Source of the DNA: Octopus vulgaris
Taxonomy: Eukaryota
Direction of reading: 5' to 3'
DNA length: 64,000 bases
NCBI GenBank assembly: GCA_951406725.2
Contig: OX597839.1
Location: 12,896,001 to 12,960,000 of the forward strand
Below the pieces are notes generated by a model that searched no databases, was not told the DNA's origin, and saw nothing but the letters and a program-made list of their open reading frames with translations. Positions 40,560 to 54,537 of this stretch are shown piece by piece (the stretch's first letter is position 1; every line of letters starts with the position of its first letter). Both the position numbers and the translations under genes were made by a program.

Positions 40560-41590
40560 TTTCAAGTTACAAGGAGTAGCATCGGGTGAATGGGGGTGGT
40601 GAGGGTAAGTGGAGTCATGCCATTTTTGGTCCCAAACTGTCTTACACTCCAGACAGTGCGCGCAGGTGCATTGTCGTAATAAAACCACCACTCTCCACTT
40701 CGCCACAGGTCATGCATTTTCATCTCACCACGTCTTGCAAATGCTTCAGAACTGCCAAGTAAAATGTCTGGTTAACAGTTTGGCCAGGAGGAATAAATTC
40801 TGTGTGGGCAATTCCTTTTGCATTGATGAAACAAACGAGCATCGTTTTGACATTGGACTTCACTTGACGCACTTTTTGGGGTTGTGGTGACATTGAATGC
40901 TCCCATTGACTTGATTGCTGCTCTGTTTCTGGGTCGTAGCCACAGCAGCAGCTTTCCTCACCAGTGATGACCTTCAAAAGTAAGGTCTGGATCAACTTCC
41001 AGCTGTTCTTTCATGACATGCATTCAGTCGTGACTGCAAGGCACAAATTTTGCTGCGACTCTTTTCATTCGCAATGCCTCCCTCAAAATTCATTGACAGG
41101 AGCTCCAGGACACACCAGTCATATCAACAAGTTCATCAATTGTTTGGCAATGTTCCTCCAAAGTCAGTTCATGAATTTTCATGATGTTTTCATTCGTTCA
41201 GGAAGTCGACAGTTACTCTGAACGAGGTTGGTCTTCAAGCAACAAGCGACGGTTCCTAAAGCATGAAAACCTCCCATAAACTTGTGCTTTGCTCATAGCA
41301 GTGTCCTTGTAACGTGTTTGAAGTATGACAACTGTTTTGGTCACCGTTTTCCTCATCAGAAAACAGAATTTCACGGAAGCACTCTGTTCCTTTGTCTCAG
41401 CCATTGCAAAAACTGGCAAATAGAGGAGAAGCACTACAAAACAAAGACACATCACGTGACAATACAACATCACACAATACCACTGGTTGGCAGACAGATG
41501 CCTGTGGGTTGCATCAAATGGCTTCTAGTGGCAGAATCGTGAACTATAACGGGTTTTCCTCACAGAGAACATTTCTGGTTACTTTAGGGT
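40560..41590 (-). mobile_element. Degenerate mariner transposase gene
   Basis: EQSASVKFCF HTH start, VITGEESCCCGYDPETEQQSSQW (first catalytic D region) and HHPHSPDATPCN (YSPDLAP region). Confidence 0.85.
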
Positions 41591-41596
41591 AACTCC

Positions 41597-41639
<43 letters not shown>

Positions 41640-41721
41640 ATCCAAACAAGAAAGCACAAAAAAAACACAACAACGCGAGGACGTGGAACAAATATAGTAT
41701 TATTGGACGCTCAGGAAAGAA

Positions 41722-41766
41722 GGAGAGTTTAACGTTCCGAGCGGAGCTCTTCATCGGAAACATAGG
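41722..41766 (-). ncRNA. Degenerate minimal hammerhead ribozyme motif in a Penelope-like fragment next to (TA)n
   Basis: Minus strand reads CCGATGA-A-GAGC-TCC-GCTC-GGAAC, i.e. CUGAUGA / stem II / GAAAC with two core substitutions. Confidence 0.45.
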
Positions 41767-42819
41767 AGAAGGGAAGACAGGAAAAAAATCGCCAATATAC
41801 ATAGGATCAGATATGGCTGTGTAATAAGAAACTTGCTTCCCAACCAAATGATTCTGTGTTCAGTCCCACTGCAAGTGTCTTCTACTATAGCCTCGGGCTG
41901 ACCAAAGCTTTCTGAGTAGATTTGTTTGACAGAAACTGAAAGAAGCCTGTTGTATCTATATCTATATCTATATCTGTGTGTGTGTGTGTGTCTTTGTGTC
42001 TATGTTTGTTCTACCACCACTGCTTGGCAACAGGTGTTGGTGTGTTTATGCCCCATAACTTCTTAGTGGTTTGCCAAAACAGACTGGTAGAATAATTACT
42101 AAGTTTAAAAAAATGAAATGACCTGGAAGTTGGAGATGTACATCCTAAACAGCGCAGTACTTAGAATGTTGCCTATGTGGGAAAGAGTAATGGCTTAGAA
42201 GATAAACAGGAAAATTTAGAAATCACCTCTAGTGAAACTGATGTGGGTACTACTAATGGAAGTAGTAGAACTCTCAAATGCAATTTTGCTTAACTGTAAT
42301 TGTAGGTAGGAAAATATACACAAATGTAAGGTTCCCACAGAATGGAAAGTACTTCTAAAGAGGAGCTAGCTCATGTAATATTAAGCAAAGAATTGCCAAT
42401 CATTTAAATTACGTTTAGAAATAGGAACAAAATGAATACTACTTGCCTTAGTAAACTAATTTGGATATTAAAAGATAATAACAAAGTATATTTGATTGCC
42501 GAGTGTCCGAGGCAGCCGGTACGTTCACTGTGAAAAAATTAGAGTGCTCAGAGTGAGCCCCGCCGGCTTGCATACGAAAAGCATGGAATGATGGAATAGG
42601 TAATCATCCAGCTAAGGTAGCAGTTGAATAATATTCTTAAGGCTGCAATTTACTCACATGCAGCATCTTTCAGTTTTTATCCAAACTGGAAAACCATTAA
42701 GATTTTTGAAGAGAACTGGTCCCAAGCTACAGTTTGGCATAAAAAATTGAGATTTGGTCCAGTAGAAAAAAGTTTACATCAAAATTTGTAAAAACATTAT
42801 AGGTGAATATGTACTGGCA

Positions 42820-44640
42820 GAGGAATTTTGCCCCACCTAGCTAGGATTGGGCACCAAATTGGGATGTGAAGCTGCTGCCCACGCTACCTGAGGCTTCACC
42901 AACTTGCCCTCCTTATCACCCAAGGTCACCCTCAAACTTGACCTCAGGAATGCATTCAACTCCGTCAGCCACGATGCTGTCCTCAGCTCAGTAAGAGAGG
43001 AAGTCACACAATTCTACTGCTTGGCATGGCAAGCTTATTGGGAGCCCTCCTACCTCTCTTTCGGTAACCAAATCATCATCTCTGCCTCAGGGGGCCAACA
43101 GGGTGACCCATTCAGGCCTGCTCTGTTCCCACTGGGCATTGATGACATCACTAAGATGGGGTCAAGCTAGACCTCAATATCTTGTATCTCGATGATGCTT
43201 GTTTGGGGGGACCTCCTGACAGGGTCTTGCCATTGCAAACAAGATGATTGAGGAGCTTGGTTGTCAGGGTCCCCAAGCTCTGGATCCTCAACCACCTGGC
43301 TTCTCAACATCAACAAACTATAGGCCTATTTGTAGAGTCCTTCCCTTCCATTGCAGTTCCTCTCTCATCTGTGTGGTGCTCCTTAGGAGCCCCAATTACT
43401 AACTTTGTCTTTGAGTCCATTTTCCAGTCAAAGGTGGCTGCCCTTGAGCAATTGGTGAAGAATATTGAAGCAGTCAAGCCCTGTCAAGTTTTCTTCATAC
43501 TTAGAAATTACATTTTGACTCCTAAGCTTCTGTATTTGCTTAGAGTAAGCTCTTCTCACTAATATCTCATCTTGCCTTCATGGCTTCGACAACCTAATCT
43601 TTGAGAGACTTGAATGCTTGGTCAATGTCAGGCTCTCTCCAACATGCCATGATCAGGCTGCATTGTCCAAGTAATTTGGGTGTCTTGGTCTTCGTAAGTG
43701 TTCATCCTTCCCTCTCTCCTGCTTCCTTTCCTCCACTTATGCCTGTTCCATCCTGGTGAGCAACATCTCCTCTCCAACATGGACCAGTTCCAACAGGGAG
43801 TTGGATGAAGCTCTCCAACACAGGAATGTATTGGGCTTCGACTCACAGTTTTCAAGGTGCTGCTTACTGTCTGCTTGCACCAAAATACTCAAGGGACTAA
43901 CATTGGTGGCCTACTCAGCTTGGATGAACTTTGTGTTTCCATTGCCCTCAGAGTGGGAGCTGACGTCTGCATGAGTTTCAGTTATTGCTGTGTCAAGCTC
44001 CACAGGCCTCCATGGTTTTTCTTACCACCTGAATGCTGGTCACTTCAAGCGTCATACAGAATTAAACCTTACACTCAAGAGGAGTTTGGCCTGGGAAAAC
44101 ATCCCCTCCATCTGGGTTGTCCACATGTGATGGGAAAAGGCCTGACAGCCTCACCCTCTGCCCCTCATCGAGAGGCAGATGCTTTGTTTTGTAACATCAC
44201 AGTTAGTGACACCTTTGCTTCTTCTCACATCCTAGATGCTGTGGCCAGGGCAAGATCCACAACTTCTGTGGCTGAGTGGAACAAAATCCCAAAGTACTAC
44301 GATCTGTCAGCCAACTACATTTTCCATCGTGTGGCGTTTGAGACTTTTGGTGTGGTCGGACCACTGACTGCGAGATTCCTGTCTTCACTGGCAGATCTCC
44401 AAGCAGAGGTAACTGGTGAAGCTCTTGAGGCTGCTTGGTTGTTCCAGCGCATCAGCCTCGCCATCACCCGCGGCAATGCTGCAAGTGTGCTGATGTGTTT
44501 CAATAGCCATTAAAGAAATTTTCCCAGCACCCCAAAATTTTTAACCTAAGGGGTTGAATTGTTTTTGTTTTTTGTGTTGTTGTTTTTCTTCTTCTCACTC
44601 TTATGTATATATTTAAGTTTAATATAATAAATGGTTTACA
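42820..44640 (+). mobile_element. Degenerate CRE-like non-LTR retrotransposon (RT plus restriction-like endonuclease)
   Basis: RT motifs KLDLRNAFNSV, SASGGQQGDP and YLDD. RLE C-terminus VSDTFA..AE.NK..KY..F..VAFETFG..G...FQRISLAITRGNA. Confidence 0.8.
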
Positions 44641-44943
44641 AACCATGTAATATATCTTTAAATAAGCATTACATTTGACAGAGTAATCTGAACGTTAAAG
44701 TGTCAATAGTTTAGTATTTAAATCTGCCATAGCTGGTCCAGATATCCTATCAGTTTTATGTTTAAATCAGCCACATCTAGCTATTTGTACCCACCCTCCA
44801 ATATCATTCTAAAAATAAACATAATTAAAAATCTTGAAGACTCACGTGCATGCACACACTCACACCCACACACGTGCATGCACACTTGGACACGCACACA
44901 AACACACACACACACACCTCAGACTTTGGTTAGCTGGAATCAG

Positions 44944-45621
44944 GGATCTTTTCCTTTTGAATGGCACTTTGTAACATAATTTCTAGGTAACTAAAAAGTT
45001 TTAAACTTCGTATACTGGTAGAATGTGTTTATAAAACATCATTTTCTCTTGGCTTTATTGAGAAAATTCTATATGTTGTAACATATTTCGTCTTTAATTT
45101 CGAGCATTTCGGCAGTTTTAACCAATCGCTGACCTCCATTTAGGTAAATAACATTCTGTGCATAATGAATATGTCCCTCTTTTAAGAAACAGAATGGGTT
45201 TATTTACATTTGTGAAAGAAAAAAGATACCCTTCCCCAACCCCTAACATTAACCCTAACTAACCCTAAATCTAAAATAGATTGAAATGCAATAGATCGAT
45301 ATTAGGGCCATAATTATGGGTGACATTTTCATTTGACACCGCTAGAAAAAAATCCCATTTTCCGTAGCGGTGTCGTATGAAATTATCACCCATAATTATA
45401 ACCCTAGTATCGATCTATTGCATTTCAATCTGTTTTAGGGTTAGGGTTGGGGGTGGATTGAAGAAAAAAAACTATAAATATCTTACAAACTATAGAATTT
45501 TCTCAATAAAGCCAAGAGAAAAAGATGTTTTATAAACACATTCTACCAGTATACGAAGTTTAAAAGTGTTTAGTTACGTGGAAATTATATTAAAAAACTG
45601 CCGTTCAAACCGAAAAGATCC
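44944..45621. mobile_element. Two fused, oppositely oriented copies of the GGATC-TIR MITE
   Basis: Reverse copy at 44944-45350 joined to a partly deleted forward copy at 45360-45621. Confidence 0.75.
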
Positions 45622-46147
45622 AGTTTCATACTTTGGTCACAAATATTGTATTAATATATTTCTTTACTGCCCAGAAGAGGCTAAACATAGAGGGGACAAA
45701 CAAGGACAGACGAAGGGATTGAGTCGCTGATATCGCCCCCAGTGCGAAACTGGTACTTTATTTAACGACCCCGAAAGGATGAAAGGCAAAGTTGACCTCG
45801 GCGGAATTTGAACTCAGAACGTAACGACAGACGAAATACCGCTAAGCATTTCGCCCGGCGCGCTAACGTTTCTGCCAGCTCGCCGTATAATATAATATAT
45901 TCCTTATATGTAAAATAAGGGAGGTCACTCTTGAGAGAGAGAGCGAATTTGTAAGGGAAATAACTCGAACTTCTGGACGAGAGAGCAAAAGATAAACGTC
46001 TTACGAGATTAATTGCTAAGAAAATTAAGCAAGAGTAAGGCCATCATACTGGCATTGGTACGAATTCTTCTATACTAATAATTCACGTATTTACTCACAG
46101 CTTGTAAATTTAGAGTTGATACTAAGCAAAAATTCCATTGCTAAGAT

Positions 46148-46816
46148 CATTGGTTCTCAACTGGGGACGATATGACTATTGGGTCTCTATATATGATTTT
46201 GTTGTTTATGTGCAAAGAAACTGGTTGGGATCTTTTCTGTTTGAACGGCAGTTTTTTTTAATAATTTCCACGTAACTAAACACTTTTAAACTTCGTAAAC
46301 TGGTAGAATGTATTTATAAAACATCTTTTTCTCTTGGCTTTATTGAGAAAATTCTATAGTTTGTAAGATATTTGTTGGTTTTTTTCTTCAATTTCTGCAA
46401 TTTCAACCAATCACTGACGTCTGTTGAGGTAAAAAAACATTCGGTGCCGTATGAATATGTCCCTCGTTTAAGAAACAGATTGGGTTTATTTACATTTGTG
46501 AAGAAAAAAAGATACTCTTCCCCCCACCCCTAACCCTAAAATAGATTGAAATGCAATAGATCGATACTAGGGTCATAATTATGGGTGACAATTTCATATG
46601 ACACCGCTAGAAAAAACTGCCGTTCAAACCAAAAAGATCCACTGGTAGTATTTCTACAATACTCAAAATATTTTAATTTTTTCCTACAATTCCTAATAAT
46701 AATTAGTTATAAAATATATTAGTAGGATATTTTAAATGTTGAATGGCTATACAGGTCCACCCATGCAAAATAGGAATCAAAGTGGTCCACAGGTAAAAAA
46801 CGGTTGAGAACCACTG
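46148..46816. mobile_element. hAT-like non-autonomous element (CA(G/T)TGGTTCTCAAC TIRs) containing a nested GGATC-TIR MITE at 46228-46640
   Basis: cattggttctcaac...gttgagaaccactg. The nested MITE is flanked by actggttg and actggtag. Confidence 0.75.
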
Positions 46817-47529
46817 GTCTAGATTAATCGCAGTACCATGCAAATTATATTACCAAACAAGAACCCTGAAAGTATGAAAGGCAAATTCGATGGCAGTGGA
46901 ATTTGAGCTCAGACCATGAAGATGGACAAAAAAACTGCTAAGCATTTTACCCGGTACAATAATGATTCTATATACCATTCAATATCCTGTACTGAGTCTG
47001 CCGAGGTCGACTTTCCTTTTCATCCTTTCAGGGTCGATAAATTAAGTACCAGTTGCGTGCTGGAGTCGATCTAATCGACTGGCCCCCTCCCCCAAAATTT
47101 TGGGCCGTGTGAAAAGAATATCCTGTATTGAGTAACAGACCCTGTTTTTGAATGTGGTTAGTTTGTATATAGTGTATCTCTTATATAAAATCCGTTCTGT
47201 CTGCCTGTCTGTGTGTGTTGCTTCTAGGATCTCAGGCATCCTCCATCCGATTGCGCTCAAATTTGATATGTAGATACCGACGGTATCAGGGCGTGTATAA
47301 GTCTTGAAAAAATTACAAAAATCGATTCCAGGTGAGAATGCGATCAATAAAGCCGTGGGAAATCGTTTTTCTTTTGCTGGTGTCTCAAATTTAGGTTAAA
47401 TCAGTGTTTCTCAAAGGGGAGGCTTATGGGACGGTTGGACAAGTTGTTTTGAGAATATATATATATATAAATTTATATAAATATGGATAAGATCGTTATT
47501 TAAATATCGATCTTATCAAGTGGCCAGCA

Positions 47530-47900
47530 TGGGAATAAAAACCTTCAAAGGTAATAATTATTATTAAAATTATAATTGAGGTGGTTTCATGGCAAAGAAT
47601 TCATCAAGGTATCTTTTTATGTCATCCAAGGAATTGAAATTTTTACTATTAAGACTATTCTGCTGGGACCTGAATAAGTGGAAATCCGAAGGAGCAATAT
47701 CTGGTGAATATGGAGGGTGGGATAACACATCCCTGCCGAGCTGCAGCAATTTTTGTCTGGTTCCCAAAGCATCAAGTGCTGAAAATGAACTTTCTTATCT
47801 TCCATTTTAAAGGGTTACAGAATTAACACAGGAACATAAATCTTCTTCCACGAAAAGATAGCTTAAACTGTGCTCTAAATTGGTGTAGTCAAATCCTATT
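47530..47900 (-). mobile_element. Mariner fragment
   Basis: LSHPPYSPDIAPSDFHLFRS motif. Confidence 0.85.
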
Positions 47901-49346
47901 TTATGGATTTAAGACTATCAAACCTTAGATTAGCTCTTACTCTCATGTACAGTTCTCTGTGTTTTAACTCCTTGTTCATAGAAGGATTGGCAAAAGAGAC
48001 TTAAAACTATGTTTAGAATGTAATAACTTTAAGGAAGCCTTCTGTGTGCATGGATGATCTTGCAGTGTTACAGGTCATATCCTGTGCAACCCGTTTGTGT
48101 ACCTAGTGAGGAAGCATGTTTTCAAGCGGTTCATGAATGAGTGCCTACTGCAGATTGGAGTGGTCTATGATGTTAAGAGTTAAACAACAACAGGTTATAT
48201 AATGAAATATGCTGAACAGTTGAGCTAGTGAATGTTCCTGCACTCACACTGTACCCAACAAGACAAACCTGTAGTGACGCTACTGTGGAAGTTTCAGAAC
48301 GCATGCGCAGAATTGGATTACTTCTGGTAGGACGCCGGAAGTTCCCCCATGCGCATGCACAGGAACTGCAACCTGAAAGTGTACCTGCTAAATCGGTCCT
48401 TTTTGGAAGAGCAGCCCTAACAAGCGCACATGGCTAAAACTTCTCTCAGGGAAAACCCTACACATAGAGAAGTTCTCTCTTCAAAGTGGGAACGAACACC
48501 GTATCTTCTTGGCTCACCCGAGTGAACATTTGCAAACAGTCCTGTGGACTTGGCTGCTGGTTCGCCCATAAGAAATATATATATGTATATATTTTACCTG
48601 TGAACCCCGAAGAATAAAGTACTATTTATTGTTATTGAAGACAGCTGGATTTTTGGTTACTTCTCTTCGACTTGTATGTGACAAGATAGGACCAGACACC
48701 CCTCCAGTGTTCCTGAAACTCTCATCTTGTTGCAAACCGCAGCATGTCAAATTGACTGGTGTAGTTATCAACCTGCCATAGAGTGGCTGACTACCTATCT
48801 GCCATAATAATCTGCTGGGTCATACAACAATAACAACAGCATCAACAACAACAACAATAATGATGATGACAATGATAAATAAAACCACTTTGTGTGTATA
48901 ACAGAGTTTATAAAATCATTTATTTATTATCAGATTAAAATTTAAATTTAAATATTCATGTTGAATAACAATTCTTTTTTCACAAACCTAATAATAATGA
49001 CTTGTTATTTATATACATACTTGCATGTGTGTTTATATATATATACAAATATATACATATACATAACTATATAAATATGCATACATACATACATACATAC
49101 ATACATACATTCTTTTACTCTTTACTCCTTTACTTGTTTCAGTCATTTGACTGTGGCCATTGCTGGAGCCAAACCTTTAGTCAAGCAAATCGACCCCAGA
49201 ACTTATTTTTTGTAAGCCTGGTACTTATTCTATCAGTCTTTTGCTGAACCACTAAGTTACAGGGATGTAAACACACCAACATCAGTTGTCAAACGATGTT
49301 GGGGGTACAAACACAGGCACACAAACATATACACACACATATATAT

Positions 49347-49407
<61 letters not shown>

Positions 49408-49780
49408 CGGGCTTCTTTCAGTTTCCGTCTACCAAATCCACTCAAGGCTTTGGTCGGCCCGTGGCTATAGTAGAAGATCCTTGCCTATAAATATATATAT
49501 ATATATATATATAATATATTAAATTAGAGACAAAACCACTATTATGCAAATCAAGCAAAGAAAGACTTAAGCCAATACATAAATTAATTTATATAAATTT
49601 AGAAATTTAACAATAATATTTCTAAATTTATATAAATTAATTTATGTATTGGCTTAAGTCTTTGTTTGATTTCCATAATAGTGGTTTTGTCTCTAATTTA
49701 ATATAATATATTTTACTATAAAATTGGATTCAATCCTAAATCTGATTTTTCCCTGTAAATTTGGATTTATTCCCTAATAT

Positions 49781-49840
<60 letters not shown>

Positions 49841-49845
<5 letters not shown>

Positions 49846-50245
49846 TGCCTCCTTCTGGCTGAAACATTTTTAAGGATCTATATATATACATGTTTGTGTG
49901 TGTGTACAAGGGGGTGCCGAGATATCCCCGGCTAAGGGTAAAAGAAAATACAGGAGGATCAGTTAATTATGATTTTATTCAACATATCCCCTTCTCAGAT
50001 TCACACACCTGTTGCAGCGGTCCTTCAGTTTTTCTAGGTTCTGTGTACATATCTGGTCTAAAATGACATCTATGATCCCACAAGAACAATATTAAACCCT
50101 GATATCATCATTTTATGCAAGAAAATACTCTTCAGTGTGTTATTTTTGTCAAAAGGTGTGTAAATCTTCTGGAGGCCTAAAGAGACACCCAAACATGCAC
50201 AGAAACCACAATGGAATAACAGATTCAGAACCAAGACACATTTGC

Positions 50246-50296
<51 letters not shown>

Positions 50297-50368
50297 TACA
50301 TATATACATATATATATATACACATATATATATATACACACACATATATATATATATACACAATATAT

Positions 50369-50402
<34 letters not shown>

Positions 50403-51190
50403 TTGTGATCAGCAACGGGGGAAACTCAGAGAGTAAACTGTAATTTTATGATATTGCAAACAAATACACACATACACACACACACATGTAGTCGACATAA
50501 TAGGCATAATAAAAAAATATTCAGTTTTAGATGAAATGTGTGATGTAGCTGACGGGAGCAGAGTTGTAATCTTATACTAAGGGTAGTCATATTAAGGTGA
50601 TACTAGTGTTAGGCTTACTGATTAGATAATTAGCAAGTTAAAGGTGCGAAATTGTAATGTCTTTTGGACATTGACTGATGAAGAGTTAGCTAGATATTTT
50701 GTGTTTGAAAAATGTTCTCTTTGTTGTGCTTTTATTAAATTTTTGAAAAAAAAAAAAATACAACAGTGGTGCCCCAGCATGGCTGCCTCCTTCTGGCTGA
50801 AACATTTTTAAGGATTTATATATATACATGTTTGTGTGTGTGTGTACAAGGGGGTGCCGAGATATCCCCGGCTAAGGGTAAAAGAAAATACAGGAGGATC
50901 AGTTAATTATGATTTTATTCAACATATCCCCTTCTCAGATTCACACACCTGTTGCAGCGGTCCTTCAGTTTTTCTAGGTTCTGTGTACATATCTGGTCTA
51001 AAATGACATCTATGATCCCACAAGAACAATATTAAACCCTGATATCATCATTTTATGCAAGAAAATACTCTTCAGTGTGTTATTTTTGTCAAAAGGTGTG
51101 TAAATCTTCTGGAGGCCTAAAGAGACACCCAAACATGCACAGAAACCACAATGGAATAACAGATTCAGAACCAAGACACATTTGCGAATA
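49841..51190 (+). repeat. About 405-bp direct repeat (49841-50247 and 50779-51188)
   Basis: atggctgcctccttctggctgaaac...ccaagacacatttgcgaata occurs twice, nearly identical. Confidence 0.92.
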
Positions 51191-51658
51191 TTAGTGGAAA
51201 GATTTTAAAGAAAGTCTCTGGACTCAAAAGCATTATCTTCTCACTTGAGGAGCTAATGCTATATTTGTGCATGAAGTGGTAGAAGTGGAAGAAGATGACA
51301 AAATCATGTCTCCTGGGAGGAGCCGCTGTTTCCTCAGTCGGTGACACACATCCCACTGACAGAGGAAACAGCGGCCCCTCCGAGGAGACATGATTTTGTC
51401 ATCTTCTTCCAGAAGGGAGGGGCAATACAGGGCTACATAGAGATGCTGGATGACCAGAGGGAGGAGCCCATGCCCTGGACAGAGGATGAGGTGTGGCCTT
51501 TGCAGGTGAGTACGAAGGTCATATCGGATGTTGCTATGGTCAGGGTGATGAACACCTTCTCAAAGGACATGTTTAGACCACCTTCTGGAGCTGGAGCATT
51601 GCCTAAGGGAAGCGTACAGCTTAGTCTGGGAGGAGGGGCTTTGTGCATAGTATTTATA

Positions 51659-52053
51659 TCTTTATATATAAAAGTGAAGTTGTGTGCTGTCTGTCTCCTA
51701 CAATTTAGATTCCTAACTACTCCCACATTTTGCGGTGCAGTTTAACCAAAACCGGGTATCTTATAGTCGTGATTCATATTGAGCCCTTCTGGGTATTAGC
51801 GCGCGTCTACGATTTAAAAAAAAATTTACTATCATTTTTTTTCCATTTTAATGCATTTTTTCGATATTATATAAGGGAAGTAACTCTCTAAAAATGTCTA
51901 CAATGAGTCAATGATTGAAAAAAAAAATTTACCATAATTTTTTTTCCATTTATAATACATTATTTTTTTGCTATTTTTTGGCTATAACTCTCTAGAAATG
52001 CTTATATAGTTATTTCCCTTACAAACCTGAGCAACGCCGGGCGATACTGCTAG
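51659..52053 (+). mobile_element. Non-autonomous Helitron
   Basis: 5' TC, 3' CTAG, inserted between A and T; GC-rich subterminal gagcaacgccgggcgatactg; internal tandem duplication. Confidence 0.75.
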
Positions 52054-53124
52054 TATATTATATGTAATTATTGAACTATGTTGTTGTTTGTAATGGACTG
52101 TTAAATCCAAAAATTGAAAAGTTGTAAATGTTGTAAGAGGTCTACCCTGATGTAATCTCCAGGGATACAGGCATCCAGCAACAGGACCTCTGTAATGCTA
52201 TGATGGACCGTGAAGTCTGGCGTAGCATGGTAAATTCCATTGCCTCGACCACGGTCGAACAATGATGTTGATGATAACACCTCGTTTTGTGTTTTGGTTT
52301 TAAAGAACAATGTTTTAGAGAAGCAATAGTCGGCGGGCACTTTTCATCTTTTCCCATCCTTATCATCTTTGTTTCATTATCATTCATTTCATTAATGTCC
52401 TTGTCCAGCCCACAAAGCCTTTGTGTACTGTCTTTATGGCAAATACAATGAAATAATGAAGTGGTAAAACTTGCCTTCAGAGCAGACTGCCTTCACACAT
52501 ACATACATACACCTCAAAAGTAAATTGACAACTCTCACTGCACTGCTTTGTCTGTGCAGATACTACTTGTTACTTCAAACTTGTTAGTGTGTTATGCACA
52601 GGGCATGTTAGGATGTTGCACTCACAATTGTAAAATCGTGGTTTCAATTCCTGGACAGTTCTGTAGGGCACCCAGATCTGTGGCAGGCTGTAAAAGTGGG
52701 GAGTAAGTCAACCCTTTCATCTATAGACATGTGTGGAAACTTGGGCTAGTGCCAGTGACCCTTTAACATCTTGTACCAGGGATACAGTGAAGATGTTGGC
52801 AGCTGTATGTTGGATAACCAACAAAGTGGAAGAACCCTGGATCAATAGTTTGAAGGTTATCGGAGCCAAGAAGAAGATCTGTACCATCAGACAACAGCCA
52901 GGCATCAAATACCATGTGAGCTGCTGCTGTAGGGAAGCAGCATCATTCACCATGTTTGTTGCACTCTTGTACAAAGCTGATATCTGGCAGGGTGGGGTGG
53001 GGGGGTGGCAGCAAGGCAGTCTAGTTGTAAGACTGTGCCAGCTACCTTACTTACTTTCCAAATGCATCTTGTTCCTGAAGACAGCAGTCAAAATTGACTG
53101 GCGAAAGACACCTGACAACAATAG

Positions 53125-53630
<506 letters not shown>

Positions 53631-54506
53631 TTTAAATTATTAATTACGTTCAATATAAAAATAAATCTTAAAATAAACAGAATGACATGAATCTTTTGGA
53701 AGGAAATTTGCACATTGTGTTATGCACTTTCACTGTTTACACCTTTTCAAACACATATTATGTGGTAATATATATAGCACATATGTTAGAAAAGTTGTAA
53801 AAGGTGGAAGTGCTTACACAGTACAAAAATTTCGCGTCATTTTTGGTTTTTTTTTAACAATCTTTTTTTACATTAAGAATTTTTGATTTAAGAAAATCAT
53901 TTTTCAAATGTTGTAACTGTATTAAGAATTCTTTGCAAAACTTTTATAAATATAACATGTATGTATGTGTATGCGTGTGTGTATATATATATATATAAAA
54001 TATAAATTAGAGATAAAACCACTATTATGCAACTCAAACAGTGGTAGACATAAACCAATACATAAATATCCAATATATATATGTATAATTTATTTTTTCA
54101 CTGTTTGAGTTGCATAATGGTGGTTTTATCTCTAATTTATATTTTATATATTTATACTGTGAAATTTGATTTAATACTATATTGAATTTTCCCTGTAAAT
54201 TTGGAGTTATACTCCCTAATATTGTATATATATATATATAAATATAAATGTGTGTGTGTAGATATATATATATATTTATGTATATATATGTATACATACA
54301 CACACACATATACACATGTATATAAATGTGTATATATATATATTTATAAATTTTTTTATATATGTATTAAAAAATATTCAAGATGGTTGGGGTTACACCT
54401 TTTGAGGAAATCTGTATGCCATGTTTTTCTCTTTCTCCCTTCCACTTTTTCTCTCTTGCCTCCTTCCCTCCTCTTTCTTCGTACATTCATAAAATACATA
54501 CATACA

Positions 54507-54537
<31 letters not shown>

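Noticed and set aside
45235-45455. Interstitial telomere or chromosome fusion site (CCCTAA then TTAGGG)
   Set aside because: Only a few repeats, which are internal parts of two oppositely oriented MITE copies.
50135-50210. C2H2 zinc-finger gene ([21 protein letters not shown])
   Set aside because: Single degenerate finger inside a duplicated repeat with no exon context; more likely a LINE ORF C-terminal remnant.
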